From assembly GCA_030704615.1 (NCBI GenBank), contig CM060731.1, positions 41,416,001-41,480,000 of the forward strand: DNA of 64,000 nucleotides, in the 5' to 3' direction. The first letter of the stretch is position 1, and every line of letters starts with the position of its first letter. The notes below the pieces were generated by a model that did not search any database, was not told the DNA's origin, and saw only the letters and a program-made list of their open reading frames with translations. The translations under genes were made by a program, and so were the position numbers. The stretch comes from Takakia lepidozioides. Lineage: Eukaryota > Plantae > Bryophyta. This document shows positions 36,596 to 48,675 of this stretch, piece after piece.

Positions 36596-39500
36596 CAGCC
36601 TGCCAATCGTGGGGTGAAGACTGTTTCATCGATCTTTTCCTCCATTTGGTCTGTTCCTGCCAACGCGCTTCCGTCCCGCCAAGAATGTGCATGTTGTTGT
36701 CCTTCGCTTCCACTTTTCCAGGTCGTATTGCAGGTGCTTTCGAGTGCGCGAAGGGGTACTGCAGTGTATATGGCAGCGGCCGTCGATGCCCAACCAAAAA
36801 GCTTTCTTATACGTCCACTGCGACACAATCTTCAAACACCAAAAGATAGGCCATTTTCCTGCAAAGACCTTTACTGGAAGAACGAGAGTCGCTCTAGATA
36901 CATGGGCTCTCAAGTGCGGGTCCGCACGACCTGTATTCCCTGGCAGAGAGTGCCCGACTTTGTACTTGGAGAGGAGAGTAGAGACGGGTGTTCCACCCAA
37001 TTTTACATAAATGTGCATATTAACGCGAAGCCCGGACCGCGAAGAGCTCCAAGAGCTAACACATATCTAACCTCTGTCATGTCTGCACCATATTCCCGCA
37101 CTGCCTCTTTGTTCATGCCCTGTGCTTGTGCTTGCCGGACATGTACATGCATGATATATAGGGTTTAGGCTGTCTTACATGCTTGCAGAACTCCATGGGT
37201 ATCGATGACATACTCCGGTGTCGATGACATACGACCCTGTCTAGGTATCAGTGTTGCTATGGACCAGAGGACAAGCGCACCAACAATTTGTGTCACGGAT
37301 CCTAAAGTCAAGCGAGGAGGTCCGGACGTTGGGGCTGGAAGCAGTAATCCTCACAAAGGTCCAAGACGAAAGAAAAGCCAATACGGCGAGTCTTACAAGC
37401 GTGGGTGTCTCTGTTGTTTCAAAGTCTCGCAATGTTATCTTGCTCCAGACATTGGGGTCATCACATATTATAACAACATGCAACACCTGGATGTGTCCGG
37501 AAAACCCTCTCATGGCGGATATGCTGAGTTCTAGTTCAGCCGATATGCTTATGCTCCACATATTAGCGAGGAGCTCAAAAAGTGGATCATGGAATGCTTG
37601 TCTCGAGGCTTGAGTGTTGCCCAAGTCATGATTGAACACAAGGAGCACGTCATGCAAAACAGTGGCTTGGGAGACGCATGGACACGCGACGACTTTCTCC
37701 TCGAGCAAGATGTCCGAAATCTCGCTGAAAAACGAGCCTGGCAGACCTTCAAAAAACACGCTGATGACGCACAATCCGTGCGTATGTGGAAAGATCAAAA
37801 CCCGGACTCGGTTCTTCTACCAAGAGGAAATCATTGGCACCCACATTTCAACATTTTGATGGAGATTTGACCTTCACCATTGGGATTCAGACTCCTTGGC
37901 AGCGGCAGAAGATGTTGGACTTGGGCCATGCACGCATCGTAGCTTGCGACGCTACATTTGGAACTAACCATCACAAGGTCTGCCATGGACCCTCTCCACG
38001 GGCTTCTACTAGCATGATAGCATACTACAATGTTCTCCCACTCTTGTGGGCATTGCTTATTTGTCCTCAATCCCGATAGACCTAACTGTTGTAGACCCTG
38101 TCCCAGTACACCCTGTTCCAGCAGACCTTCCACTGCACTCTGTTTTAGGGCAGACCCTTTTGCGTGTTCACCCTGTTACAGTAGACCCTGTGCCTGTTCA
38201 CCAAGTTGCAGTACACCCTGTGCGTGTTCACCAAGTTGCAATACACCATGTGCGTTTTCACCTATTGCAGTCGACCCTGTGCCTGTCGGTACGACATTGG
38301 TCTGCTAATTACAAATATTTCATGCAGTTCCCCTTGTACACGTTGATGGTGTTCGACCAATGGTTGAATGGAATTCCGGTTGCATACATTTTGTCAGCAC
38401 GCAATCGAACATCAGACCTTATCCCGTGGATGCTAGCATTGCGTGATGCCCTCCTTCAGAAAAGCCCAACTGGCGGCCAAATGCCGTCATTGTCGACGAC
38501 GCTGAAGCAGAAATCAATGCAATCCAGTATGCCACATCCCAATCTGCCCTATGGTCTGCTGTATGGTCCGCTGCAAGGTCTGCCATGTCTTGTTTGGTAT
38601 GCCACATCTCATCTGCCCTATGGTCTGCCCTATGGTCCGCTTCAGGGTCTGCTGCCCTATATGGTCTGCCCTGTTAATCTCATGATTGTGGCAGTGCTGA
38701 ATACGAATGCCCGGTTCAGGCACTTCTGATTTTGTGGCCGCATGCAGGTCTGTTTTCACAGGAGTATGCATTTTCTTTGCCTTTGGCATGTACGGAAGGC
38801 CTAGGTCAAGCAATCATGCCAGAAAATCAGTGATCCGGGAACATCCTCAAAACTGTTGGCAGATATGGGCGACCTTATGTACTACAGAGGTGGACCGCGA
38901 AGCTGTGAAATGGGTTAAGAAAAAATTGAAGGCAATGAAAAAGAAATATCCGTCTGTTCAGTTGTTCCTCCACTACATTCATGTGTACTGGGTTCCCAAA
39001 ATCGCTATGTGGTGTACTGCTGCCCGCATCATTCCACATGCAAGCCAAGATACTAATGTGAGCATCGAGGCATACCATGGAAACTTAAAGGCGAGACTTA
39101 ATATGGGCAAAGGCAAAATGACCGGTCGAAGAGCCGATTGGCTGATATGGGAGTTGACTGGGCGTGTACTGGTCCACTACTGGTACGGCATTCATCTGAA
39201 GACGCATGGGTTTATTCGCAACGATAAACAGGAAAAGCACATTTCCAGTGCAATATGTGCAGCCCTGACATACTCTTTCACGTGTGACTTTGCCTGCAGC
39301 GCCTGGGCAGCCTGCTTACGTCATGAGCTCCTCCGATCCGAATACAACGTACACCGTGTTCAATCCAGAGTCGCAGTGGGCCTGCTGCACCTGCCCGTGG
39401 GCGCTGAAAGGCAATCTGTGCAAGCACCAGGTTCGGGTCATAAAGTTGCTAAAACCAGACCTGCAAGACGGTCTCATTGTCCGGACATGTGGTTCCCACT

Positions 39501-39997
39501 TCGGTACTGTTCACGGTGGGCTGGAGAATTTGGACGAACACGGCGACATGGCAGCATGCGACCTCGAAAGCGGTAACGTGCGTGCAAGCGCAACCCCGAC
39601 CACGGCAGAGTCATTGCTCACAGCAGACCTGTTGGAAGCTATTTTGAAATGGGAGATAACCGACCTGCTTGACCTTGTACACAACGACGCATACCTTATA
39701 CACCATTGCTTGTCTGCAGTGCGTGTTTGCCGAGGGCAGATGCAGGACATCCTCGTCAAAAAAGCTTCCGACATGTTACACCCGGCTGCAACACGAGCGT
39801 TCAATTGTGTAAAATACAACAACAACATGTCATTGAAGAGGAAAAAGGATTTTGTGGAACATTTTCAAGCTCGGCGGAAAATGAAACTAAATGGGGGGAA
39901 ACGTGTGTCTGCCCTTCCCCCTGTTAGCCATATTTACTCGGCTCTGAGGCGGGTGTCTCATCGTCCAGAACTGAGAAAGATGGATCAATCTAACTAA
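36592..39997 (+). pseudogene. MULE DDE transposase with SWIM zinc finger (intron-containing, disrupted)
   Basis: IPWQRVPDFV, KRGCLCCF, ACDATFGTN|FPLYTLMVFD (D1), VIVDDAEAE (D2), CLWH, NVSIEAYH (E) and SWIM CTCPWALKGNLCKH. TAG at ~38801 plus several frameshifts. Confidence 0.9.
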
Positions 39998-40959
39998 GGA
40001 AAGGACCTGCAGTTGTCCAATGCGGTAGTATCAATTCTCACCTGCAGTAGACCAGATCGGCAGACCATTATCGCAGACCACCTGAAGTAGACCATTTCGG
40101 CAGACCATGATTGCACACCACCTACAGTAGACCAGCACTGACTTGTAATAGACCAATGCGGCAGAACATCTGCGACTCCCTTAATGTGCTTTGTAAAGGT
40201 TTGATGAAGAAGACCATGAAATCAAAAAATGAGCCAAAGTGAACCAGTAAACGAATGTAGTAGAGTAATGAAGCAAGCATAGTTCAATGGAGCAGACCAA
40301 AGACAATACACTCGACTAACGATGAGATTGACTTGTGCCCCACATTTAGCCGACCACCGAATTTAGTATACCACTATGTCACGAGGCAGACCAACAACGT
40401 GGTCCAAACTCAGTCCACTCCGTGGTAGCAGACCAATAACATTAATTCAGTAGCAGACCACGTCGAGGAGTACTGCATACATCGACAGATCAATAACATC
40501 GGACCAACACACCACGTGGATCACTACTCAATACAAAACGTCGATCAGAAGTAGTAGCAATAGACCACGATAACAGACTCATGAAATGTTCCACAGACCA
40601 TATGAAGCAGACCAATACAGTACAGGGGTAGCCCAAGACAGTACACTCGAGTAACGATGGGACTGACCTATGCCACCGAATTTGGTATACCACTATTTCA
40701 TGGAGGAGACCAACAACCGTGGTCCAAACTAAGTCCACTCCGTGGAGATAGCAGACCAATCACTTCAGAAGCAGACCACGGCCACATACATCGGTTCACA
40801 AGCAGACCACGTGGAGCACTACTCAATACAAAATATCGAGCATAAATGTTTAGCAGTAGACCACGACAGCAGACTAATGAAATGTTCCACAAAAGTGTAC
40901 ATCATATATAAAAATGAACAGACCTGCACCACAGACCACATGAGTGAATTTTCATTTAT

Positions 40960-43900
40960 TGCCAGGCCTAGATGAATAACCCGGACTTCGGAAGAGTCTG
41001 ACACGTCCGAAATCTTCCTAGATGACAACTGTATTTCTACAACTACATTCTCCATAGTCCTGAGTGCTTTCAAAATGTACTCAACACACTTTAGGCGTTG
41101 CCTGCAAGCATAGCGGAATGTAAACCACTTTGAGGTAAAACGGCTTTCCTCTCTCTCTAAGTCCTTTGCCACGATCGCCCTTCAACCAGTCGTAGAACCC
41201 CTCGATAAAGGACATGACGTAAAAGCCACATTCCCAAGAGAAGGGTTGTTGTGGCACTTCAGGGACATAAAAATTGAATCCAGTGGCCTCGTCCCACAAC
41301 GTAGTGTGCGGCTCCAAGCCGAGACATGCTCCATACACATTTCGAACCCATGGCAATATCTCCACGGGTTTGTGCATCTCCTTGATTGAGTTTAGATGAG
41401 TGAACACGCGGAGCACCCGGTCAATAATCACCAAACTCCAATGATACCTGCCACAACACAGGGCGCATCAGCACAAGGGAACAGCTAAAATCAAAATGGC
41501 AGACCCATTGAGCAGACTGGTAGACCTGGGCAGACCAATGTTGCAGACCAGTGATGGTGAACCAATGATAAAGGGCAGAGAAACAGTGGTACGCACGAAC
41601 GCAGAGCACTTACCCATCAACTATTGGTACCAGTATGTACTTGCAGGTCTTCAGGTCCTTCCCCATACGATGCACTGTCAATCCGTGCTCCACCTGCGAG
41701 CAAACCCGTTCCTGACCTGCACTCCAGTGAATCTTCACTACACTCCAAACCCACGTCGGCAAAATAAAACATCATTATATGTCTTGACATCCAGATCCTT
41801 CTGATAAAACCTACACCACAACTCAAGCAATCGGTCTGTAACCTCAGATTCCTGTTTCTCTGGCGATTTGAGGTCCTTGGTGGAAATACTGCACTCAAAC
41901 TGCGGGTCGTTTTCAAAAAAGTACAGCATTGCTTTTCCCTCAGAGATATGTGCGTTGAAAGTGGAGCCAAATCGGGCATGAACCTGCACAAACTCGGAAA
42001 AACCCTTTAAGAACCGGGCTGGCGGACCCAAAAGGACCAGACCTACAACGGATACGGTTCCAAACCCAAGGACCAGACCAACGGAGCAGGCCAATGGAGC
42101 GGGACGAACGGCAACCACATCTAACCCAACAGACCCATGAAGCAGACCCATACAACCTTTTTGCTGCAGACCCATAGACTTGGTGTGTTCAGAGCATCGC
42201 AAGCAGACCAACGACACTTACTTTTGTTTGTTACGCAGCTCCGCAACTTCGCTCTCCACTTCCAAGCAGACCTTCCGGTCAGCACTCATGTATACTCCGG
42301 ACTTCGGTTTTTTTGCAACACCTTTTTGGAGGGAAATTTTTTTAGCCTCGGGTCTGCCACGCCATCTGGTATGCGCTTCTTCCCAGCTCTATTTGGTGAA
42401 GCAGGTTCCTCCAACTTCTTTTCCAATGCAACAGCCGCCTCCTTCATACCCTCCCGGAGCTGGCTAGCTCGGCTTCGCAACAAAATTTTGTCCTGGGGTT
42501 TGTTAACACTTTGTGGTCCCGTTCTAGACGCTTCCTGCACTCCATGGGTCGAACTGGCCCCTACGGGGGTTATCACTACTGGTACACCCTTTGTGCTTGA
42601 CCGCATGTTGAGCACCTGCGACGGACCACGAGCTGAGACCTCAGACGCCACAACCTTCACACGAATATCAGACAAACAAAACATCAGCAATGACCACCCA
42701 AATGCACTGGGGAAAAAAAAATGGACTGCAGAAATGCAATGAATCAGACCTTTGTGGCGCTGTGGGTGTCTGCAATTGCACCTCTCATGTGGCAGGTACA
42801 TCTTTGACTACAGTGACTGGTTCCACAGAATGAGAAGGGACAGAAACATGTGCATGTGTTTTTGACAAGGTCTGATAACTGGTCTGCTATGGGGTCGAAC
42901 ATGCGGAGCACCCTATCAACGGATTGGTCTATTGCCAGTAGTGGGTCTACAGACGAGTCGGGGTCCACAAAAGTAAGCGCAAAATGGCCAAAGATTCATC
43001 CTCATCTGCAAGACCTACCTCTAACAGATGGGGAAGGTCACCGACCAAACTGTCACAGTCATAGTCCATTGTTGCAATTGCAGAATTGGTCTGTACTATG
43101 GATAAATGAGCACTGACGCCTTCCCGGTTCTGTTCAGGCAGTGCTGTGTCAGAAGGTCTAGTGGCAAGGGTAAGGTCCACTACCATTCTCTGCTTCTCAG
43201 CAGATGTCGCAGTGGGGGGGAAAAGAATTGATCCTCTCATTTTCGGCAACTCGTATGTGCCAGGGAGGATGGGGCGTCTGATGTCCTGCACTGGCAAGGT
43301 CTGCTGATGTTTGGAATGGTGAGGTGTCGGCGTCCATACCTGCGTCGCGATGCACTTCTGCGGTGCATTTGTCAAGCAATGTACCAGCCAGGGTGTCCTC
43401 CGGCAAGGTCTGATCTTCTCTCCTCTGCTCCAGCAAGGTCTGATCAGGTCTGCACTGGTCGGGAAATGTCTGCTCTGAGACGGTCTGGTGTGGTTGGTGT
43501 GGTCTGGTATCCTCTGGTCTTTTGGGGTATGGTCTGTTGTGCACTCGGATCGTCTGGAGTCCTGCGCTGTGGTCTGGTCTGCTGTGGTCTGGTCTTCTGT
43601 GGTCTGTCTTGTCTTGTCTGGTGTGGGGTGGTCTAGTCTGTGGTGTGGTCTGGTCGTGTCTGGTTGTCGGGTCTGCTGTGGTGTGCTCTGGCCTGCACTG
43701 GTCTGCTCAGGTCTGATTTCCACTGCAGCGGTCTGCTTTGCCAAGGTGATGGGTGCCCGCTGATCTGGAAAGGTCTGCCCATGTCCGATCTAGAAGTTGT
43801 TATCTGCAAAGGTCTGCATAACCAAGGTCTCCCGATAATTTCGGGTAAGGTGTGCAATGCCTCCACGAAAGTCTGTTTTGGCAACGAAAAGTTTTTGTCA

Positions 43901-46400
43901 CCACATTCTCTGGCTTGGGATCACTGGCAATCTAGTCGGGGGTCTGCTGGTTGGCATGTCAGTACTTGGGATTTGGCTGGAAGGGTCTGCTCGCTCCACA
44001 GTCTGCTCGCTGCGGGTCTCCTGGGTCCATGGGTTGGGTTCTGTGTGTCTGTTGTTGTACGAACTCCAATGAGCCTACACTTAACGGGTGACTCGACTCC
44101 AGTATGGCCACGGAGGGCTCGTAGAAGCTGTCTTGCGCCATTGGCGTACTGGTCAAGAGCATTCCGAACAAGCTCGTCCTCTGGATCATACTTGCAACAT
44201 GTCACAAACACGTCAAAAACAAAGCACTCATCCCTGGTCTGCTAACAAACGGAAGAATACATTGGGGTTTGATTCACATGGGGCTCTGTTGGTTGTCATG
44301 GTTCATAAAGTCTGCTAGAAGGTCTTCGTTCGTGGTCAACGTCAAGGTTGTTTAAAAAGTCTGTTCCAAAGGTCTATTCCAAAGGTCTGTGTAAAAGGTT
44401 TGTTTAAAAGGTCGGTGTAAAAGGTCTGTTAACAAGGTCTGTTAGGTCTGATGACATACCATGATCTAGGACTGTGGTCCACAACCCAATATCTTTCATA
44501 AGCCGATCCATGAAGGCCTCGTCAAGCTCTCCCAGAGCTGCAACACGGTCCTCTGCTAGAAACCCGCTCCAGAGCACTTGGAAAGCATGTCGTTTGTTGA
44601 ATGCAATGTCGAAAACCGCACGCTCCTGCACAGTCGCAAACCACATCATGGCGTCTTGGATGATACTTTCCCGAGCCTCTTCGCTTCCGTGCAGCAGGTC
44701 CATCCGCAAGTTGTGAAGGTCTTTTTTTAATTTGGTGTAAGACCTGAAATTGCCAAATTGCATCCATTGACGGCGGAGGAAACAAATGCCATCTCTTCAA
44801 AAGTAGTCTTTGTCAAGCTCGCTAAGTGCTTCGGACGAACACCAAATATTGGGTGGGCGATGGCCATGTGCCTTATCTTAGTGGGCGTGGGTGTGCATGA
44901 GAAAGAGCTGCGCAATAAGCGGTGGCTCGGTCTCCTCTGCCAGAAGCGCCACTCCATACTCACGGGCTTTGTGCAAAACACGAGTCGCCTCCTCGCCGTG
45001 AACTCCATTGAGGAGTGCTGCGGAGCAAAGGTCCACCGGGAGACGACGATGCGGTGAAGCTCATTGTACCAGTCCAGATGCCGATTGCTTTCCCCACAAC
45101 AAAACTTCGGAAGAGTGGGGGTATCCTCATTAGTTGCAGGAGACGCCATGGTCTGCCAAATGGGAAAACAGTTCGACCACGCAATGTGGTCTGCTGAGGG
45201 TCTGCTGCTGAAGAGGTACGAAGGTCCACTGGAGGACGGGTCACGGAAGAAAGGTCCACTAAGCCGGGTCTGCTAGTTTGACCGGCGCTGTCAAAAGCCT
45301 TTACAGCAGACCAGTGGTACCATCCTGAATTGATGCAATGGCATCAGCCGACTGTGGATACAGACTCAGGATGTAGTCACGAATGTCACGGACCTCATTC
45401 CGGACAGGTGTATTTTCCAAGGGAGGACCGTTCAACCTGTACTTCCAGATTTGCAAAGCCCTATACACTCGGTTGTCTTGCGCATTCGCCTCCTGAAAAC
45501 AAACAGCAATATTGGCCTTCACATTAGACCAGTAGACCATAGAGCAGTAGACCATAGACTAGTAGATTTGGCCTGACAGCAGACCAGTAGACCATACACC
45601 AGTAGACCATTACAGTAGACCAGTAGAGCATATTAGTAGACCATAGCCGTGGACCCATGCAGCAGACCACAGCCACGACAGTAGTGCGTTTCAAAGCAAC
45701 TGCAGTACCATGTTGCGCAAAGCAGACCCAAAACGGTAGACGGTTCGCAACAGACCACAATATATATAATAATAATAAAACACTATGATTTGCAACAGGG
45801 GAAAGTAGTCGCACGGTTCTGGACCTATAGAGCAGACCACAACCAGAACAAGTAATGCAGTACCATGTACAGAATAGGAGACCCAGAACAGTAGACCGAC
45901 AGCAGCGGGCCACACATACAACACCCAGCATAGCAAATCGAAAGACTCAAATACGGTAGGACGACAGAAAGAGTGGTTGAAGTACCTGGAGGCCGTTATA
46001 GTCTTCATCCCTTGGGTGTGATCGTGCCTCCACCCACTTCTTCTCGGCTGTGTCAATGGTCTGCTGTATCTGCCCTGATCTCACATAAGCATACAAAAAA
46101 AGGGAAAAAGTCCGGATCTGATTCATCTGGGTACTGGTTTGGCAGAAGACCGTGGGGAAGCAGGTACAATGTGCCAGGGCGGACAGGGGTGCCCGTTACA
46201 TCTCCATGAACCTCAGTCAGGGTCTGCTGTTTCTTGGTCTGCTTGTTGGGTCTGATATGTGGTGGGCGTCGTGGGTGTTTGAGGGTGTGATTCCTCTATG
46301 GGGATGTTCGAGTTAAGGGTTATGTCATGTACCAGCGGGGCGTACCCAATGGGGTCGTTCACCAAGTACGGTCTCACAAGTAGTCTCGGCCGCTCTGTCG
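40960..46400 (-). pseudogene. Large multi-exon gene ending in a Ulp1/C48 SUMO-protease-like domain; 5' boundary uncertain
   Basis: Spliced YILVPIVDG|YHWSLVII, then HLNSI and VPQQPFSWECGFYV (His/Asn/Gln/Cys arrangement of C48 proteases) at ~41100-41640. Upstream minus-strand coding blocks extend to ~45500-46400. Confidence 0.75.
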
Positions 46401-46662
46401 ACATGTTCTGAACATGATCCTCTCTTCATGAGAGTCTTCCTTACTTGAGTCATCCCCACTGGACGATAAAGTTGAAACGGCAGCCTGTGGTCTGCTGGTG
46501 TTGGTCTGCTGGGGACTGACCTAGTTGCAATTCTTTGCTACTCACTCTCATATCCGTGGTCTACCAGTACTGGTACTGCCAGATCTGTGACTTTTGCGGT
46601 CTACATTTTTTTTAGCTTATCACTGAGCTTCCTTTTCTTCACTGGCACAACGAGGCCGGGGC

Positions 46663-47071
46663 TCAGCAGGCCGGCTTCAGTGTAATAACGCTGCCGCACT
46701 TCCTCAGCAGACGAGCGACGACATGCGCACCCCTACACTTTGCAGTGATTTCTTTTGCGGCCTTAGACGAACTTGGCTTGGGCCAAGGCTTGAAGTTCTC
46801 AGGGACCATACCTTTGCATCCTCCATCAAGGGCATGGCGGTTTAGAGTCTCTTTGTCCTTGACAATATCGGGGCAAAAGGGGCACTGAAACTGATCCTTT
46901 GGCCAATTCTCTTTCTCCTCCGCTACGCGCAAATCCAAAAATGCTTCTACTATTTTAGCATCGTACTCACTTGGCTCATACCGGTACCTTCTCTTGGCTT
47001 TGTGGCGAGGGGCATGCACATATTCCACCAAATCGGCTCCGCCCTTGGGCAAGCTTCTTCCATGGCTGCAA
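46663..47071 (-). CDS. MULE-borne exon encoding a small zinc-finger protein of unknown function
   Basis: ORF 46663..47052 contains FQCPFCPD..TLNRHA....GC and is preceded by a plausible acceptor (TTCCTCCTTAG). Confidence 0.5.
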
Positions 47072-48344
47072 CCTAAGGAGGAATTGTGTTAGAGACAGTC
47101 TGCTAAATGCAAATGAAGAAGAGCAAACAAAAAAGGAAATGAAGGTCTGGCGGTGGTGAAGAAGTCTGGTGAAGTTGATACCTTTGCATTTCGGCAACGA
47201 CGGGCATGCGGCCTTTGAAGAGCGGGCGGGCGCTACAAACGAATATCGAGTCGAAGAGGCAGGAACCGCAAAGCGCAACATACCGTGCAGTCGCAAAGTG
47301 GAGAGACGCGAAAGACGCAAGAGGAGGAAGAGGCGAGGACCCCAACGTAACGGCTCACTGCTAAGCGTGACAGGAGCACGCGTGCGACCGCCGAGGCCAT
47401 GCACGTCGGCCATTGGACTGCCGTCGAAACATCAAACGTCCGGAGGCACAATAATGGCCGCCGCCAAGGACTTCCATGGTCTGCCCTAAGTCTCCACCAA
47501 AAGGGTCGGCCAAAAGGGTCTGTGGCACTGGTCTGTCGCATTCGTGAGGCAAAGATTGTCTACACTCGGTCTGCCGTCGGGGTCTGACCAGAGTTCTCCA
47601 GGCTGGTCTGTTGGTTCGGTCTTCTTGTCTGGACTGGCATGGTGCACTCTTCTCTTCTCCTGCTCTGCCCATCTGGTGCCCTCTGTCTGCAATGAATTCC
47701 CACCCGTTTCACCATTTCAATGGTCCCCTGGCTGGGTCTCTGCATCCCCGCACTGTCATGGTAACACTTGGAAGGTCCACTGGTTCGTTGCACAAAAAAT
47801 TCCACCACACATGCCCATTTCGTCCTGCATCGATGGGTCCACCTACAAACAACATCCAAGAGACGGAACTCGGGAGGAAATCAGAATTTTATACAGCCAG
47901 CCATGCACATGCTTCCACTATTTTTGCAATGCCATTCCACACATGCTATATGAAGGACAAGCCTCAAACAAGACAATGTGATAAGGGAAAGGCCGATTCT
48001 CAATTGCTGTCCGCTAAATGAGTCGTACTTGTTAGCAAAGACCTAAATACTTCCATTCAAGTCTGCACTGTAAACTCAATGTAACTCACTTCCCGCGCTC
48101 AAACAGTCCCACGAATAGGCGAACAACAAAGCAAAAATAGTAGAAGCATATGAACAAAAGAGGCTGTGGCTTGAAACGATGGATTCCGACGTTGCCAGAG
48201 ATCCATGGAGTCATGCAAAGGGATTCTTCACAACCGCCCAGTCTGTTGGTTCTAAAACAGTCAAACAACAAACAACAAAAAAAAAGCAACACGAGAAAAA
48301 AAAAAAAAAAAAAAAGGGGTCTGAGGAGATCGACGAGTGCCATG

Positions 48345-48675
48345 GCATGCCCTAAATCCGGACGGTCTGGATAAAACCGGATCTGGACGGGCAGATGCGC
48401 GCCACATAGGTATGGGTCTGTGGTGCCGGTCTGGGGTGTCTGCCGGACGACATGCGCAGACCGAGCTTGGGCCGACCCCAGCAAGGCAGACCCGATGGCG
48501 GGCGGACCCAGGGCGGGAGGGGAGAGGGGGCGGGCGGGCCGCGGGGCCTGCGGGGCTGCCGACCGCGCTGTGCGGCTGGCAGCTGGGGGTGGGCGACCCC
48601 CGCGTCTGTGCGGGCGTGCGCGCCCTGTCCCACACGCGCGACATAAACTCCCACTTATTCAAAAAATGAGAGGGC
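48345..48675 (-). repeat. Right TIR of the MULE
   Basis: Imperfect reverse complement of 36231-36595. Confidence 0.93.

Larger units (their letters stand above)
36231..48675. mobile_element. Full-length Mutator-like element (MULE), 12,445 bp, carrying transposase, Ulp1 protease and an extra ORF
   Basis: Perfect 9-bp TSD GTGCAAAAA at 36222-36230 and 48676-48684; termini GGCCTCTCAT... / ...ATGAGAGGGC; long imperfect GC-rich TIRs. Confidence 0.95.
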
